The notes beneath the pieces were generated by a model. The model ran no database searches and was not told the origin of the DNA. It was given only the letters and a program-made list of their open reading frames with translations. 64,000 nucleotides of DNA from an uncultured Terriglobus sp. (lineage in GTDB: Bacteria; Acidobacteriota; Terriglobia; Terriglobales; Acidobacteriaceae): assembly GCA_964250935.1 (NCBI GenBank), contig CAXUHM010000010.1:27514-91513 (forward strand), in the 5' to 3' direction. Positions 56,447 to 64,000 of this stretch are shown here, one piece after another. The translations under genes and the position numbers were made by a program. Numbering within the stretch: position 1 is the first letter of the stretch; each line of letters begins with the position of its first letter.

Positions 56447-56992
56447 CTACTGCGGTGAGGGGAGGTGCGGCAGGGCAAGGGCAAGCTGTGCTTCCTCAAC
56501 CGCAATCAGCTTCTCCAGCAACTTGCGACGCGTTGGTGTCGTGACAACGGCGACAATCTGGAGCGCTGCCAGGGCACTTCGCGGCACGTACATGCGCTGC
56601 GTGTTGCCGCGCACATCAGGCGGTGTGAACTGCACGCCAAGATCTTCCGCAATCCCATCGGTCAGCGACAGGTCCAGCGGAGCAAGCCCCTCGATCTGGT
56701 CCTGGTTCCTTAGGGTCAGGCGAATCCACAGACCCTCGCTGCGCGGCCGGGCAAGAAAAGTCTTGCGCGGCAGCCGCTCCGGATTCGCCTCGTCATTGAC
56801 GTTGAACTCGCGCACAAAGGAAATAGCGCGAACCTGTTCCAGGGCAACGACTTGAACGCGCCCAGCAAGGTCCAGCAAGTCCAGAAACGGACCATCTGCC
56901 TCCTGCCGGACAAAGCCTGTCGGCGCCAGGTACCCGCGCAGCACGCCTGGTGTGGTCAGGCGCACAATCACTTTTTTTCGCGCGCCGCTCAC
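56447..56992 (-). CDS. hypothetical protein with internal duplication
   Basis: GTG 56992 follows GGGGGT. Two similar halves are visible (VIVRLTTPGVLRGYLAP... and LWIRLTLRNQDQIEGLAP...). I recognise no family. Confidence 0.6.
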   Translation of the reverse strand: MSGARKKVIVRLTTPGVLRGYLAPTGFVRQEADGPFLDLLDLAGRVQVVALEQVRAISFVREFNVNDEANPERLPRKTFLARPRSEGLWIRLTLRNQDQIEGLAPLDLSLTDGIAEDLGVQFTPPDVRGNTQRMYVPRSALAALQIVAVVTTPTRRKLLEKLIAVEEAQLALALPHLPSPQ

Positions 56993-57203
56993 GACCGACC
57001 CCCACCTGTTGCGACAGGGACGCCGGCAGACCGTTGAACGGGCAATTTCCTGCACAAAAAAAGGTGATGACTCGAAGTGTCCGGCGTGGTACACTCAGAC
57101 GTTCGGCTACGTTCGCAATAGGTCACTAACTTGTTCTCCTACTTCGACTTAGCCTATTTGGTGTGCCGGCTTCAGAGCCGGTCTGGAGAGCTTGCTCGAC
57201 GTT

Positions 57204-59396
57204 ATGGCTGATTATATCTACCTGCTTGAAAATCGTCTCTCGCCTGCACAACAGCGCGCTCTGAGTACCGTTCGTAGCGCTGTTCGAGCACACGATCTTA
57301 CGCTGTTTCTGACAGGCGGCGCGGTACGTGACCTGACCGGGGGCGGCTCTGTCCGCGACCTGGATGTGACGGTCCAGGGGGAAACGACCGCGCTTCGGGG
57401 TGATCTGGAAGCCGCGGGCGGCGTGTTTGTGGGTGATTTCGCAGCGTCGCAATCCCTGTACTTCGTCTTTCCCGGTGGCGTGCGCATGGAAGTTTCGGCG
57501 GCCATGAGCGTGACCTACCCCAAGCCCGGAAAGCCGGAATACGAGCTCACAAGCATCAGCGAAGACCTGCGGCGCAGGGATTTTACGGCCAACGCCATGG
57601 CGCTTTCGCTCAATGAGGGTTCCTATGGCCTCTTGATGGATCCCCTGAACGGTGTGGCCGACATTGAGAACCGGGAACTACGGCTGGTGAGCAACTACGG
57701 CTTCATTGAAGACCCGGCGCGCCTTGTGCGGGCCGTTCGCCTGTCTGCCCGGCTGGGGTGGCACATGGAAGCGCGGACGCAGCAGCGCTACGACAACGCA
57801 AAGGAAGAGACCACCTTTGACGTTCTGTCCCAGTTTGCACGCGGGTACGAGATCGAAGAACTGTTCCATGAAGAAGACCCGCAGCGCGTGATGCGTGCCC
57901 TGGAAGCGGAAGGCTGGCTGGCCAAGCTCCTGCCGCAGGCTGTGTTGGGAAAATCCAACGAGACGGCTCTGGCCGATCTCCGGGAGAAGCAGGGCCAACT
58001 CCAGACGCAGGGTATCCTCGCCGACAATGCTGCCATTGCATTCCCGTTGCTGATTGCAAAGCTTGCTGCCGGCGATGCCGCCGCGCTGAAATCAAGCTTT
58101 GCCCGGCAGGGGTTTGTGCGCGAAATTGAGACCCTGGAAGAGCGCACCCGCGAGTTGCAGACCCGCTTGAACAGCAAGGATGCCGCACTCCCGTCCGCGG
58201 CCTGGCGAATGCTCTATGAGGCCGAACCGGGTCTTGTGCTGTCGGTGTTCTATACCGGTAAGGGCGGTGCCGTTCAGGCCAGGCTCAAGACTTTCCTCAC
58301 CGAGTCACCCACGGCGAGGCAGCGCTTACCGTATCAACTGATGCAGGAGATGCGCATCCTGCCGGACAATCCGGTGTACCACGAGGTCCTCGACAAGGTC
58401 TTCTTTGAACTCATGGATGGCAAACTGCAAACGCCTGACGATATGAAGGCGTTCCTGGAGCCATATTCTCCGCCTGCACCACCGCCGCCTCTGAACCTGC
58501 GCCGTGCGCGGGTCAAAAAAGAGGCTCGCCCGAGCCGCGCGAAGGCAAAAAAGGCACCCGCGAGCGTACTTGCCGACGAGGAAGCGATTGGCGTGTCGGA
58601 AGGATTGATGGAACCGGGAACACTGACGGGACCGGACCGTGGCACGGAGCCGACGGTGGAAGAACCCCTGGAGGGTAAGGTGGCGCCGCTTGCGCCAGGC
58701 GAGGTTGAGCCGCCGGCCGGCAAGCCAGCACCGCGCAGACCAGCACCGAAAGCCGTGCCGGTGCCGGCGGTGGGAGCCGCGGAGCCAGGCTCAGCCGAGG
58801 CAAAGAAGCTCACCGTGAAGCCAGCGCCTCTCCCTCCCAGAGATGCAGAAGCTCTGCTGCCACACCCCATGGCGACGAAGGAAATTGCCCAGGTGGATAC
58901 CGACACCCTGGCCGAGAATAGGACTTCTGCGGCGAAGAAAACAGCGGGCTCGAAAACGCCCTCGGCAGGCAAGAAGGAAGCGTTGGCGAGTTCGCCTTCC
59001 CCGACTGCGGTCAAGGTGGTCCCTCCTGCCCGGCAGGCGACCGATACTCGCGTTGCTACCGCCAGCAGATCTGCTGAGAAGAAGGCCGTCCCGGCAAAGT
59101 CCGCGGTCGTGGTGAAGCCGGTTACACCCGCAAAGAAGGCTGCTTCCACACCCGATCGTTCGTCGAAGCCAGCAGCTGCCGCTGCAAAACCAACGCCCTC
59201 CATCAAGGTCGTACCGCCCGCCAGTAAAACCGTCGCGAAATCGGCAAAGGCAGAGCCTGCGAAGGCCGTACCCGCGAAAAAGTCCGTCGCGCCTGCCGCC
59301 AAGAGTGCTCCAGCAAAAAGCTCAGGCGCATCGAAGGGCAAGAAGGCGGAAACCAGCGTCGCTGTCAAAACCGCGAAGGCTTCCGGACGTCGCTAA
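57204..59396 (+). CDS. poly(A) polymerase / CCA-adding nucleotidyltransferase family protein with ~310-aa Lys/Ala/Pro-rich tail
   Basis: The head domain shows LFLTGGAVRDL...VRDLDVTV and RRDFTANAMAL. From about residue 420 on, the sequence is low-complexity (KKAPA, PAKKAAS, KPAAAAAKP, and so on). Confidence 0.8.
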   Translation: MADYIYLLENRLSPAQQRALSTVRSAVRAHDLTLFLTGGAVRDLTGGGSVRDLDVTVQGETTALRGDLEAAGGVFVGDFAASQSLYFVFPGGVRMEVSAAMSVTYPKPGKPEYELTSISEDLRRRDFTANAMALSLNEGSYGLLMDPLNGVADIENRELRLVSNYGFIEDPARLVRAVRLSARLGWHMEARTQQRYDNAKEETTFDVLSQFARGYEIEELFHEEDPQRVMRALEAEGWLAKLLPQAVLGKSNETALADLREKQGQLQTQGILADNAAIAFPLLIAKLAAGDAAALKSSFARQGFVREIETLEERTRELQTRLNSKDAALPSAAWRMLYEAEPGLVLSVFYTGKGGAVQARLKTFLTESPTARQRLPYQLMQEMRILPDNPVYHEVLDKVFFELMDGKLQTPDDMKAFLEPYSPPAPPPPLNLRRARVKKEARPSRAKAKKAPASVLADEEAIGVSEGLMEPGTLTGPDRGTEPTVEEPLEGKVAPLAPGEVEPPAGKPAPRRPAPKAVPVPAVGAAEPGSAEAKKLTVKPAPLPPRDAEALLPHPMATKEIAQVDTDTLAENRTSAAKKTAGSKTPSAGKKEALASSPSPTAVKVVPPARQATDTRVATASRSAEKKAVPAKSAVVVKPVTPAKKAASTPDRSSKPAAAAAKPTPSIKVVPPASKTVAKSAKAEPAKAVPAKKSVAPAAKSAPAKSSGASKGKKAETSVAVKTAKASGRR

Positions 59397-59430
59397 AGGC
59401 TTCCGGACGCCACCAAAAGCGGCAGCTTCG

Positions 59431-59667
59431 TTACTGCATGCGTCGAAGCGTGACGATCGCAACCGTTGAAAGCGTAGCCGCAGCGGCGATCATAATGACG
59501 ATTGCCGTGCGATAGCTAGACTGTACCCCGGGGTTTGTCTGGGAGACCGTGTCGCGGCACTGGCTGCACCCCTGCGCATGGACGCCGGCCACAACACAGA
59601 GACAGGCAATCAGGACGAAGGCAAGATGTTGCCAGCGGGTGCCAACGCGCCTGTGACTACTGGCCAT
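59431..59667 (-). CDS. possible small membrane protein with CxxC, downstream of oxidase subunit III
   Basis: 78 aa: MASSHRRVGTRWQHLAFVLIACLCVVAGVHAQGCSQCRDT...AIVIMIAAAATLSTVAIVTL. Its ATG overlaps the subunit III 3' end by 11 nt. Confidence 0.45.
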   Translation of the reverse strand: MASSHRRVGTRWQHLAFVLIACLCVVAGVHAQGCSQCRDTVSQTNPGVQSSYRTAIVIMIAAAATLSTVAIVTLRRMQ

Positions 59668-60433
59668 AGACAAGCAGGGCAAACAGGAAGATCCAAAAGA
59701 CACCCATGCTGTGCCAGTACCAGGCGCTGCAATCCACCAGAATTTGGCGGGACTCCACGGAGCGAATGGTCCGCATGCCAATGAAGGCGGCAATGAGGAA
59801 GGCGATTCCAAGAAGCAGGTGGATGCCGTGCACGCCGGTAATCAAGTAGAAAAAATGGGTCGATGGATTGTCGTGGAAGCCCGCCCGCTGCAATTGAAGC
59901 TGCGACCACGCCAGCAACTGACCCCACACAAACAGGCCGCCCAAAACGATGGAAGCTGCAAGCCAGGGCAGAACGCGCTTCTGTGTTGGTCTTCCCAGGC
60001 CGAGCCATTCCTCGAGGATGTCGATCTCGCGAAACATGCCCCGGCGAGCAAACTCGACCGTAAGCGAGGAGAACAGGAGGAAGGCACTGTTGAGCCAAAG
60101 AATTGCCGGGATCTCGATGGGAAGCCAGGGATTGATCCACCGACTCGACGCGTCGAAATGACCGGAGTGCTTGGATACAAAAAAGGCGCTGACCAGGGCG
60201 ACAAAGAACATGAGGTCGCCACCCAGGGCAAAGAAGACGCCCAGACGGTAGCGCATCAGCTTCTCGCGCGGCCCTCGGCTGCCCTGTGGTTGGTTGTTCC
60301 AGTTGTCGTTGTCGCCACCGCCGCCGGTATGCTTGGGGTCTACCGGGGGAAGACGCCCACCGCCAGTATCGCCCTCGTCGTAGCGCCGAGCTGGCTTCTT
60401 CTCAATCTCATTTGGATGAAGAATTGCTGGCAT
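59657..60433 (-). CDS. ctaE: cytochrome c oxidase subunit III
   Basis: It shows FFYLITGVHGIHLLLG and WYWHSMGVFWIFLF in a polytopic protein. Confidence 0.9.
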   Translation of the reverse strand: MPAILHPNEIEKKPARRYDEGDTGGGRLPPVDPKHTGGGGDNDNWNNQPQGSRGPREKLMRYRLGVFFALGGDLMFFVALVSAFFVSKHSGHFDASSRWINPWLPIEIPAILWLNSAFLLFSSLTVEFARRGMFREIDILEEWLGLGRPTQKRVLPWLAASIVLGGLFVWGQLLAWSQLQLQRAGFHDNPSTHFFYLITGVHGIHLLLGIAFLIAAFIGMRTIRSVESRQILVDCSAWYWHSMGVFWIFLFALLVYGQ

Positions 60434-60453
60434 GTACTGAACCTAAAGTGATA

Positions 60454-62184
60454 CTACTCCGCTGTCGAGAGGTCTGCCCACTGCGGCAGGAAGACGGGTA
60501 CGCCGTTAATCGCCGATGGGCTTTGGGCATCATAATGGCAGGCTTCCCGTACACAAATCACAGAATTTTGTGCCTTTGGCGGAGCCCATTCCATCGTCGT
60601 TGCCTCCCATGGATTGCTGCCTGCCCACTCGCCACGACGCCAGCTCCAAGCGACATTCACCACCCAAAGCAGTTGGCCAACGCCCAGCAACATGGCGCTC
60701 GCGGTGATGTGCCGCTCCAGTGGCAGGGTTCCACGCACCAGGGCGCCAGCGGCACCCGCGATGCCACCGAGCTCCGCATAGTGGCGCGGCTCGCCGGCAA
60801 GGCCCGTAAGATGCATGGGCAGGAAGGTGCTGTAGGCGAAGACAAGTGTCCACCAGAAATGAACCTTTCCCAGACCCTCGTGCAGCAGCCGCCCGGTAAG
60901 CAGCGGAAACCAGTAGGCAAGGCCCGCAAAGATGCCGAAGATCGCCGCCATGGCCATGATGAGGTGGAAGTGGGCAACGACAAAAAAGGTATTGTGCAGG
61001 TAGGCATCCAGGGCCGGTTGCGCCAGAATCGGCCCTGAAACGCCGCCTGCCACGAACACGGAAACAAAGCCCAGTGCCCAGAGCATGGGCGTGTCGAAGC
61101 GCGGCTTGGAGCGCCAGAGAATCGCGAGCCAGTTCAGCACCTTGGCCACAGAAGGCAGGGCGATGGCCATCGTCGTCAGTTCAAAGGCGGTCCCGGCAAA
61201 GGGGTTCAAGCCTGCGACAAACATGTGGTGTCCCCACACCAGAATGCCCAGACTCCCGATCATCAGGGTCGTCGCCACCATCCACCGGTATGCGGGGATG
61301 CGCCGACGCGTGAAATTCCCCAGCAGCATCGTGACCAGGCCCATGCCGGGCAGCACCGCGATGTACACTTCCGGGTGTCCAAAAAACCAGAACAGGTGCA
61401 GCCATAGTAAAGGCGAGCCATCGCCGCTGCGGTGGAGGACAGTCCCATTGACCCATTGCGTGCTCGGGACAAAGAAGGCGGTCCCCAGATGGCGGTCGCA
61501 GAGCAACAGAACGATTGCCGCAAACAGTACCGAGAACACGAGCACGGTAAGCAGCGCGGCGGTGAGCCACGACCACACGGTCAGCGGCATGCGGCCGTAG
61601 GTCATCCCCGGGCAGCGACACCGCGCAATGGTGACGATGGTATTGACGGCACCAAGGGTGGAAGCGACGCAGAAGATTGCCAGCGAGACCAGCCATAGAT
61701 CCATGCCCAGGCCCTGACCGGGACCAGCGGCAGCGACCGCGCTCAGCGGCGGATATGCCGACCAGCCACCAATGGGAGCGCCGCCGGGAACGATAAAGGC
61801 GCACACCATCACAAGGAACGATCCCAGCGTACCCCAGAAGCCCAGCGCATTGACCAGCGGCAGGGCCATCTCCTGCGAACCAAGTTGCTCCGGTAGCACC
61901 AGGTTCGCAAAGCCACTTTGGGGTGCAACCGTCAGCACAAAAAACACCATGAGGGTGCCATGCATGGTGACCAGCGCCAGGTACTGCTCCGGTTGCATGC
62001 CACCGACGAGGGGCAACGGCAGGTCAGGCCAGGCGCGATGGAGCCTCATGGCCAGCGAAAGCAGCGTGCCGACACCGACCGCGGCGAACGCGATCAGCAG
62101 GTAACCCACGGCCAGCAGGCGATGGGGCGTCCAGGTTGGCCGCACCACCTGCACCTTTGCCGCCTGTCGGGAGTGTGGGGTCAT
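60454..62184 (-). CDS. ctaD: cytochrome c oxidase subunit I
   Basis: It shows WFFGHPEVYIAVLPGMG, WGHHMF and HFHLIMA. ATG 62184 overlaps the subunit II stop (ATGA). Confidence 0.93.
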   Translation of the reverse strand: MTPHSRQAAKVQVVRPTWTPHRLLAVGYLLIAFAAVGVGTLLSLAMRLHRAWPDLPLPLVGGMQPEQYLALVTMHGTLMVFFVLTVAPQSGFANLVLPEQLGSQEMALPLVNALGFWGTLGSFLVMVCAFIVPGGAPIGGWSAYPPLSAVAAAGPGQGLGMDLWLVSLAIFCVASTLGAVNTIVTIARCRCPGMTYGRMPLTVWSWLTAALLTVLVFSVLFAAIVLLLCDRHLGTAFFVPSTQWVNGTVLHRSGDGSPLLWLHLFWFFGHPEVYIAVLPGMGLVTMLLGNFTRRRIPAYRWMVATTLMIGSLGILVWGHHMFVAGLNPFAGTAFELTTMAIALPSVAKVLNWLAILWRSKPRFDTPMLWALGFVSVFVAGGVSGPILAQPALDAYLHNTFFVVAHFHLIMAMAAIFGIFAGLAYWFPLLTGRLLHEGLGKVHFWWTLVFAYSTFLPMHLTGLAGEPRHYAELGGIAGAAGALVRGTLPLERHITASAMLLGVGQLLWVVNVAWSWRRGEWAGSNPWEATTMEWAPPKAQNSVICVREACHYDAQSPSAINGVPVFLPQWADLSTAE

Positions 62185-62960
62185 GGCCGGCGCACCAGAT
62201 TGCGCTGTTGACGCTGCATCCACGCGGCAAACTCCACGGGTGGCAGAACGCGGATGACGGCCTGCATGCGCGCATGACCAAGGCCGCAGACCTGTGTGCA
62301 AAGAATGCTGTACTCACCCACTGCGGTAGGGGTAAAGTGCACGTGAAAGGTCTGTCCGGGGATCGCGTTCTGCTTCAGGCGCATGGCCGGGATCGCAAAG
62401 CCGTGGATGACGTCGAGCGCCCGCAGCCTGACGTCAACTTCCCGTCCCGCCGGAACAACCAGTTGAGATCGAACCAGGTCATCCTTTCCACGCTCGTCGG
62501 CCGGGTCGAGACCCAACGCATTGCCGGCACCGGCGTCGATCAGGTCAGGACGCGTATTTCCAAAGGCGCCATCGGCACCCGGATAGCGAAAATACCAGGC
62601 AAATTGCATGCCAACGGCTTCCACCTGCAGCGCGGCAGGGTTCGCACCGGTGTAGCGTTGTGCCGCCCAGAGGCGCTCCGACTGGAAAGCGAGGCCAAAG
62701 AAGACCGCGGCCAGGACACACAACGGCACAAGCTCCAGACGCCATCGCCGATGCACCAGCGGTTGTGGAGCATGACGCAACAGCAGCCCGGCAAACAACA
62801 CCACGTGTGCCAGCACCAGCAGGGAAGCGAACAACCACAGGTTGAGGCGCATGTCCGCGTCCAACGCCGTTCCATGCAGGGCGGCATTTGCAGGCATGCT
62901 CCACGGGCCGCCGCCTGCGTAGGTCAGAGCTGCCGCACTCAACATCGTGGACGTAATCAT
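62181..62960 (-). CDS. ctaC: cytochrome c oxidase subunit II (CuA type, no fused cytochrome c domain)
   Basis: Two N-terminal TM segments are followed by VIHGFAIP and the CuA site YSILCTQVCGLGHARM. The start is uncertain (62990, 62960 or 62945). Confidence 0.85.
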   Translation of the reverse strand: MITSTMLSAAALTYAGGGPWSMPANAALHGTALDADMRLNLWLFASLLVLAHVVLFAGLLLRHAPQPLVHRRWRLELVPLCVLAAVFFGLAFQSERLWAAQRYTGANPAALQVEAVGMQFAWYFRYPGADGAFGNTRPDLIDAGAGNALGLDPADERGKDDLVRSQLVVPAGREVDVRLRALDVIHGFAIPAMRLKQNAIPGQTFHVHFTPTAVGEYSILCTQVCGLGHARMQAVIRVLPPVEFAAWMQRQQRNLVRRP

Positions 62961-63137
62961 CGGGCACGATCCGAAGAGGACAGCGTACATCGGAAAGCCT
63001 TTTGAGCCTTGGAGCCACAGAGTGCCGTCCCCGCGAAGAACGAGACACATCGCACCGCCCGGCACGTGCGATCCACGCAAAAGAACCACCCATCGGGGCC
63101 CGGAGCCGCCCGCACCAGCCTGCGGCGAGCCGCGCCT

Positions 63138-63755
63138 CTAACTTCGGCGTGCATCGAGCACCATGGCCAGAAAGTATGCGTGAACGCGCTCATCCGGCGA
63201 CAATTCCGGGTGAAAGGTCGCAGCCAGCAGATGGTCCTGTCGTACCAGGGTCGGATCGCCGTCACGCTCCGCCAGAACTTCTACCGTGTTGCCGACGTTG
63301 CTGATGCGCGGGGCACGGATGTACACCGTTTCAAGCGGACCCCCGGGCAGTTTTGTCGGCGTCTCCAAAATGCGCGAGTCATTCTGTCGTCCGTAGGCAT
63401 TGCGTTCGATGGCAACATCCAGCACAGCCAGCGATCGCTGTTCGGGATGATGCACCTGCTTTGCCAGCAGAATTGCACCGGCACAGGTACCAAACGTCGG
63501 TTTTTCCTGGACAAAGGTCTGCAATAGATTAAAAAATCCGCCACGCTCCAGGTGCTTCAGAAAGGTCGTCGACTCCCCACCCGGGATGACGAGAGCATCC
63601 ACGTCAGCAAGCTGCTCCGGCTTCCGAACCAGTAGAGTCTGCGCGCCGATCTGCCGCAGCCTGGAGGCATGGGCCTCAAACGCGCCCTGCAAGGCAAGAA
63701 TCCCGATCAGCGGTGCGCTACCCGCATCCGTAATCGCTGGTGGCGCCATGTCCAT
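63138..63755 (-). CDS. pdxT: pyridoxal 5'-phosphate synthase glutaminase subunit PdxT
   Basis: It shows IGILALQGAFEAH, LVIPGGESTT, FGTCAGAILLA and FHPEL. Confidence 0.9.
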   Translation of the reverse strand: MDMAPPAITDAGSAPLIGILALQGAFEAHASRLRQIGAQTLLVRKPEQLADVDALVIPGGESTTFLKHLERGGFFNLLQTFVQEKPTFGTCAGAILLAKQVHHPEQRSLAVLDVAIERNAYGRQNDSRILETPTKLPGGPLETVYIRAPRISNVGNTVEVLAERDGDPTLVRQDHLLAATFHPELSPDERVHAYFLAMVLDARRS

Positions 63756-63854
63756 ACCACAAGTTTAACGGTTTGCCGGTTGAGAGCAGATCATCCTTTT
63801 AGCCGCAGTCGACGGTAATCGAAGGCGGCCTGAGCCGGAGCTGAACCGCAACCG

Positions 63855-63881
63855 CAAAAATGCCGCGCTCAGGCGCGGCAT
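63855..63881 (-). terminator. Rho-independent terminator downstream of pdxS
   Basis: The minus strand reads ATGCCGCGCC-TGA-GCGCGGCAT followed by TTTTTGCGG. Confidence 0.6.
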
Positions 63882-63908
63882 CGTTGTGTTCAAGCGACCG
63901 GCGACGAC

Positions 63909-64000
63909 TTACCAGCCACGTGTCTGCATGCGTTGCGATTCTTCAATGGCCGCAGCAGCCAGGCCCTTCATGCTGCCGAGTACAAGTTCAGAGGCTTCCG
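63909..64000 (-). CDS. pdxS: pyridoxal 5'-phosphate synthase lyase subunit PdxS (C-terminal fragment; 5' part outside the window)
   Basis: My reverse translation gives ...EASELVLGSMKGLAAAAIEESQRMQTRGW-stop, the characteristic PdxS C-terminus. Confidence 0.75.
   Translation of the reverse strand, partial: EASELVLGSMKGLAAAAIEESQRMQTRGW

Noticed and set aside
57095-57203. Possible small RNA or terminator in the divergent region before the nucleotidyltransferase gene (hairpin CCGGCT-TCAG-AGCCGG)
   Set aside because: The stem is a short 6 bp, there is no U-tract, and the hairpin sits inside a divergent promoter region. Nothing supports it beyond the hairpin itself.

Overview
High-G+C chromosomal segment, about 60 genes, that looks like Acidobacteriota (Terriglobia/Acidobacteriaceae-like). 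The taxonomic hint rests on several features: two TonB-dependent receptors with N-terminal carboxypeptidase-regulatory-like domains, a TIGR03435-type protein, an ADOP-type duplicated MacB/FtsX permease, and many long antisense shadow ORFs. This is inference only; no database search was possible. All product calls come from motifs I recognise in the supplied translations or in my own reverse-strand reading. Content is mostly core or ordinary accessory metabolism. From 1 to 8 kb: a partial TBDR, a TIGR03435 protein, and a TetR/aldo-keto reductase pair. Also there are small secreted proteins including a DUF2141 protein, and an SRPBCC protein. From 8 to 16 kb: a TetR - TBDR - GH38 alpha-mannosidase glycan locus. 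From 16 to 24 kb: a hydrolase, a TetR/SDR pair, an ADOP permease, a CGNR zinc finger, DUF417 plus SugE/Gdx, and a cupin. tRNA-Ser(CGA) sits at 24.5 kb. From 24.7 to 28 kb: a Gfo/Idh/MocA oxidoreductase and a GH20 hexosaminidase. From 28 to 32.6 kb: queG-yihY-spoIIE. From 32.6 to 37.2 kb: a System I cytochrome c maturation operon. From 37 to 47 kb: thiC, mscL, mtnA, a PD-(D/E)xK-like nuclease gene, pyrE, a CPBP protease and uvrA. From 47 to 53 kb: secreted low-complexity proteins, a nitroreductase, a hydrolase, ubiX and a P450. From 53 to 59 kb: tmk, lpxD and a poly(A)/CCA-family nucleotidyltransferase. From 59 to 64 kb: an aa3-type oxidase operon and pdxT/pdxS. I saw no CRISPR array, transposase, integrase or prophage genes. 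The most unusual items are these. (1) The ccm operon has gene order ccmE-ccmA-ybaK-ccmB-ccmC-ccmD-YVTN propeller. Its CcmE carries Cys instead of the heme-binding His, and a Cys-tRNA deacylase gene is translationally coupled inside the exporter genes. (2) An orphan restriction-endonuclease-like gene lies divergent from a small zinc-ribbon ORF between mtnA and pyrE. (3) An 84-nt G/C homopolymer block breaks a secreted-protein gene and is probably a sequence artefact. (4) Lys/Ala/Pro-rich histone-like tails sit on UvrA and on the nucleotidyltransferase. (5) A 13-nt palindromic box is shared by two adjacent promoter regions. I cannot point to a clearly novel multi-gene system; the candidates are listed with modest interest scores.
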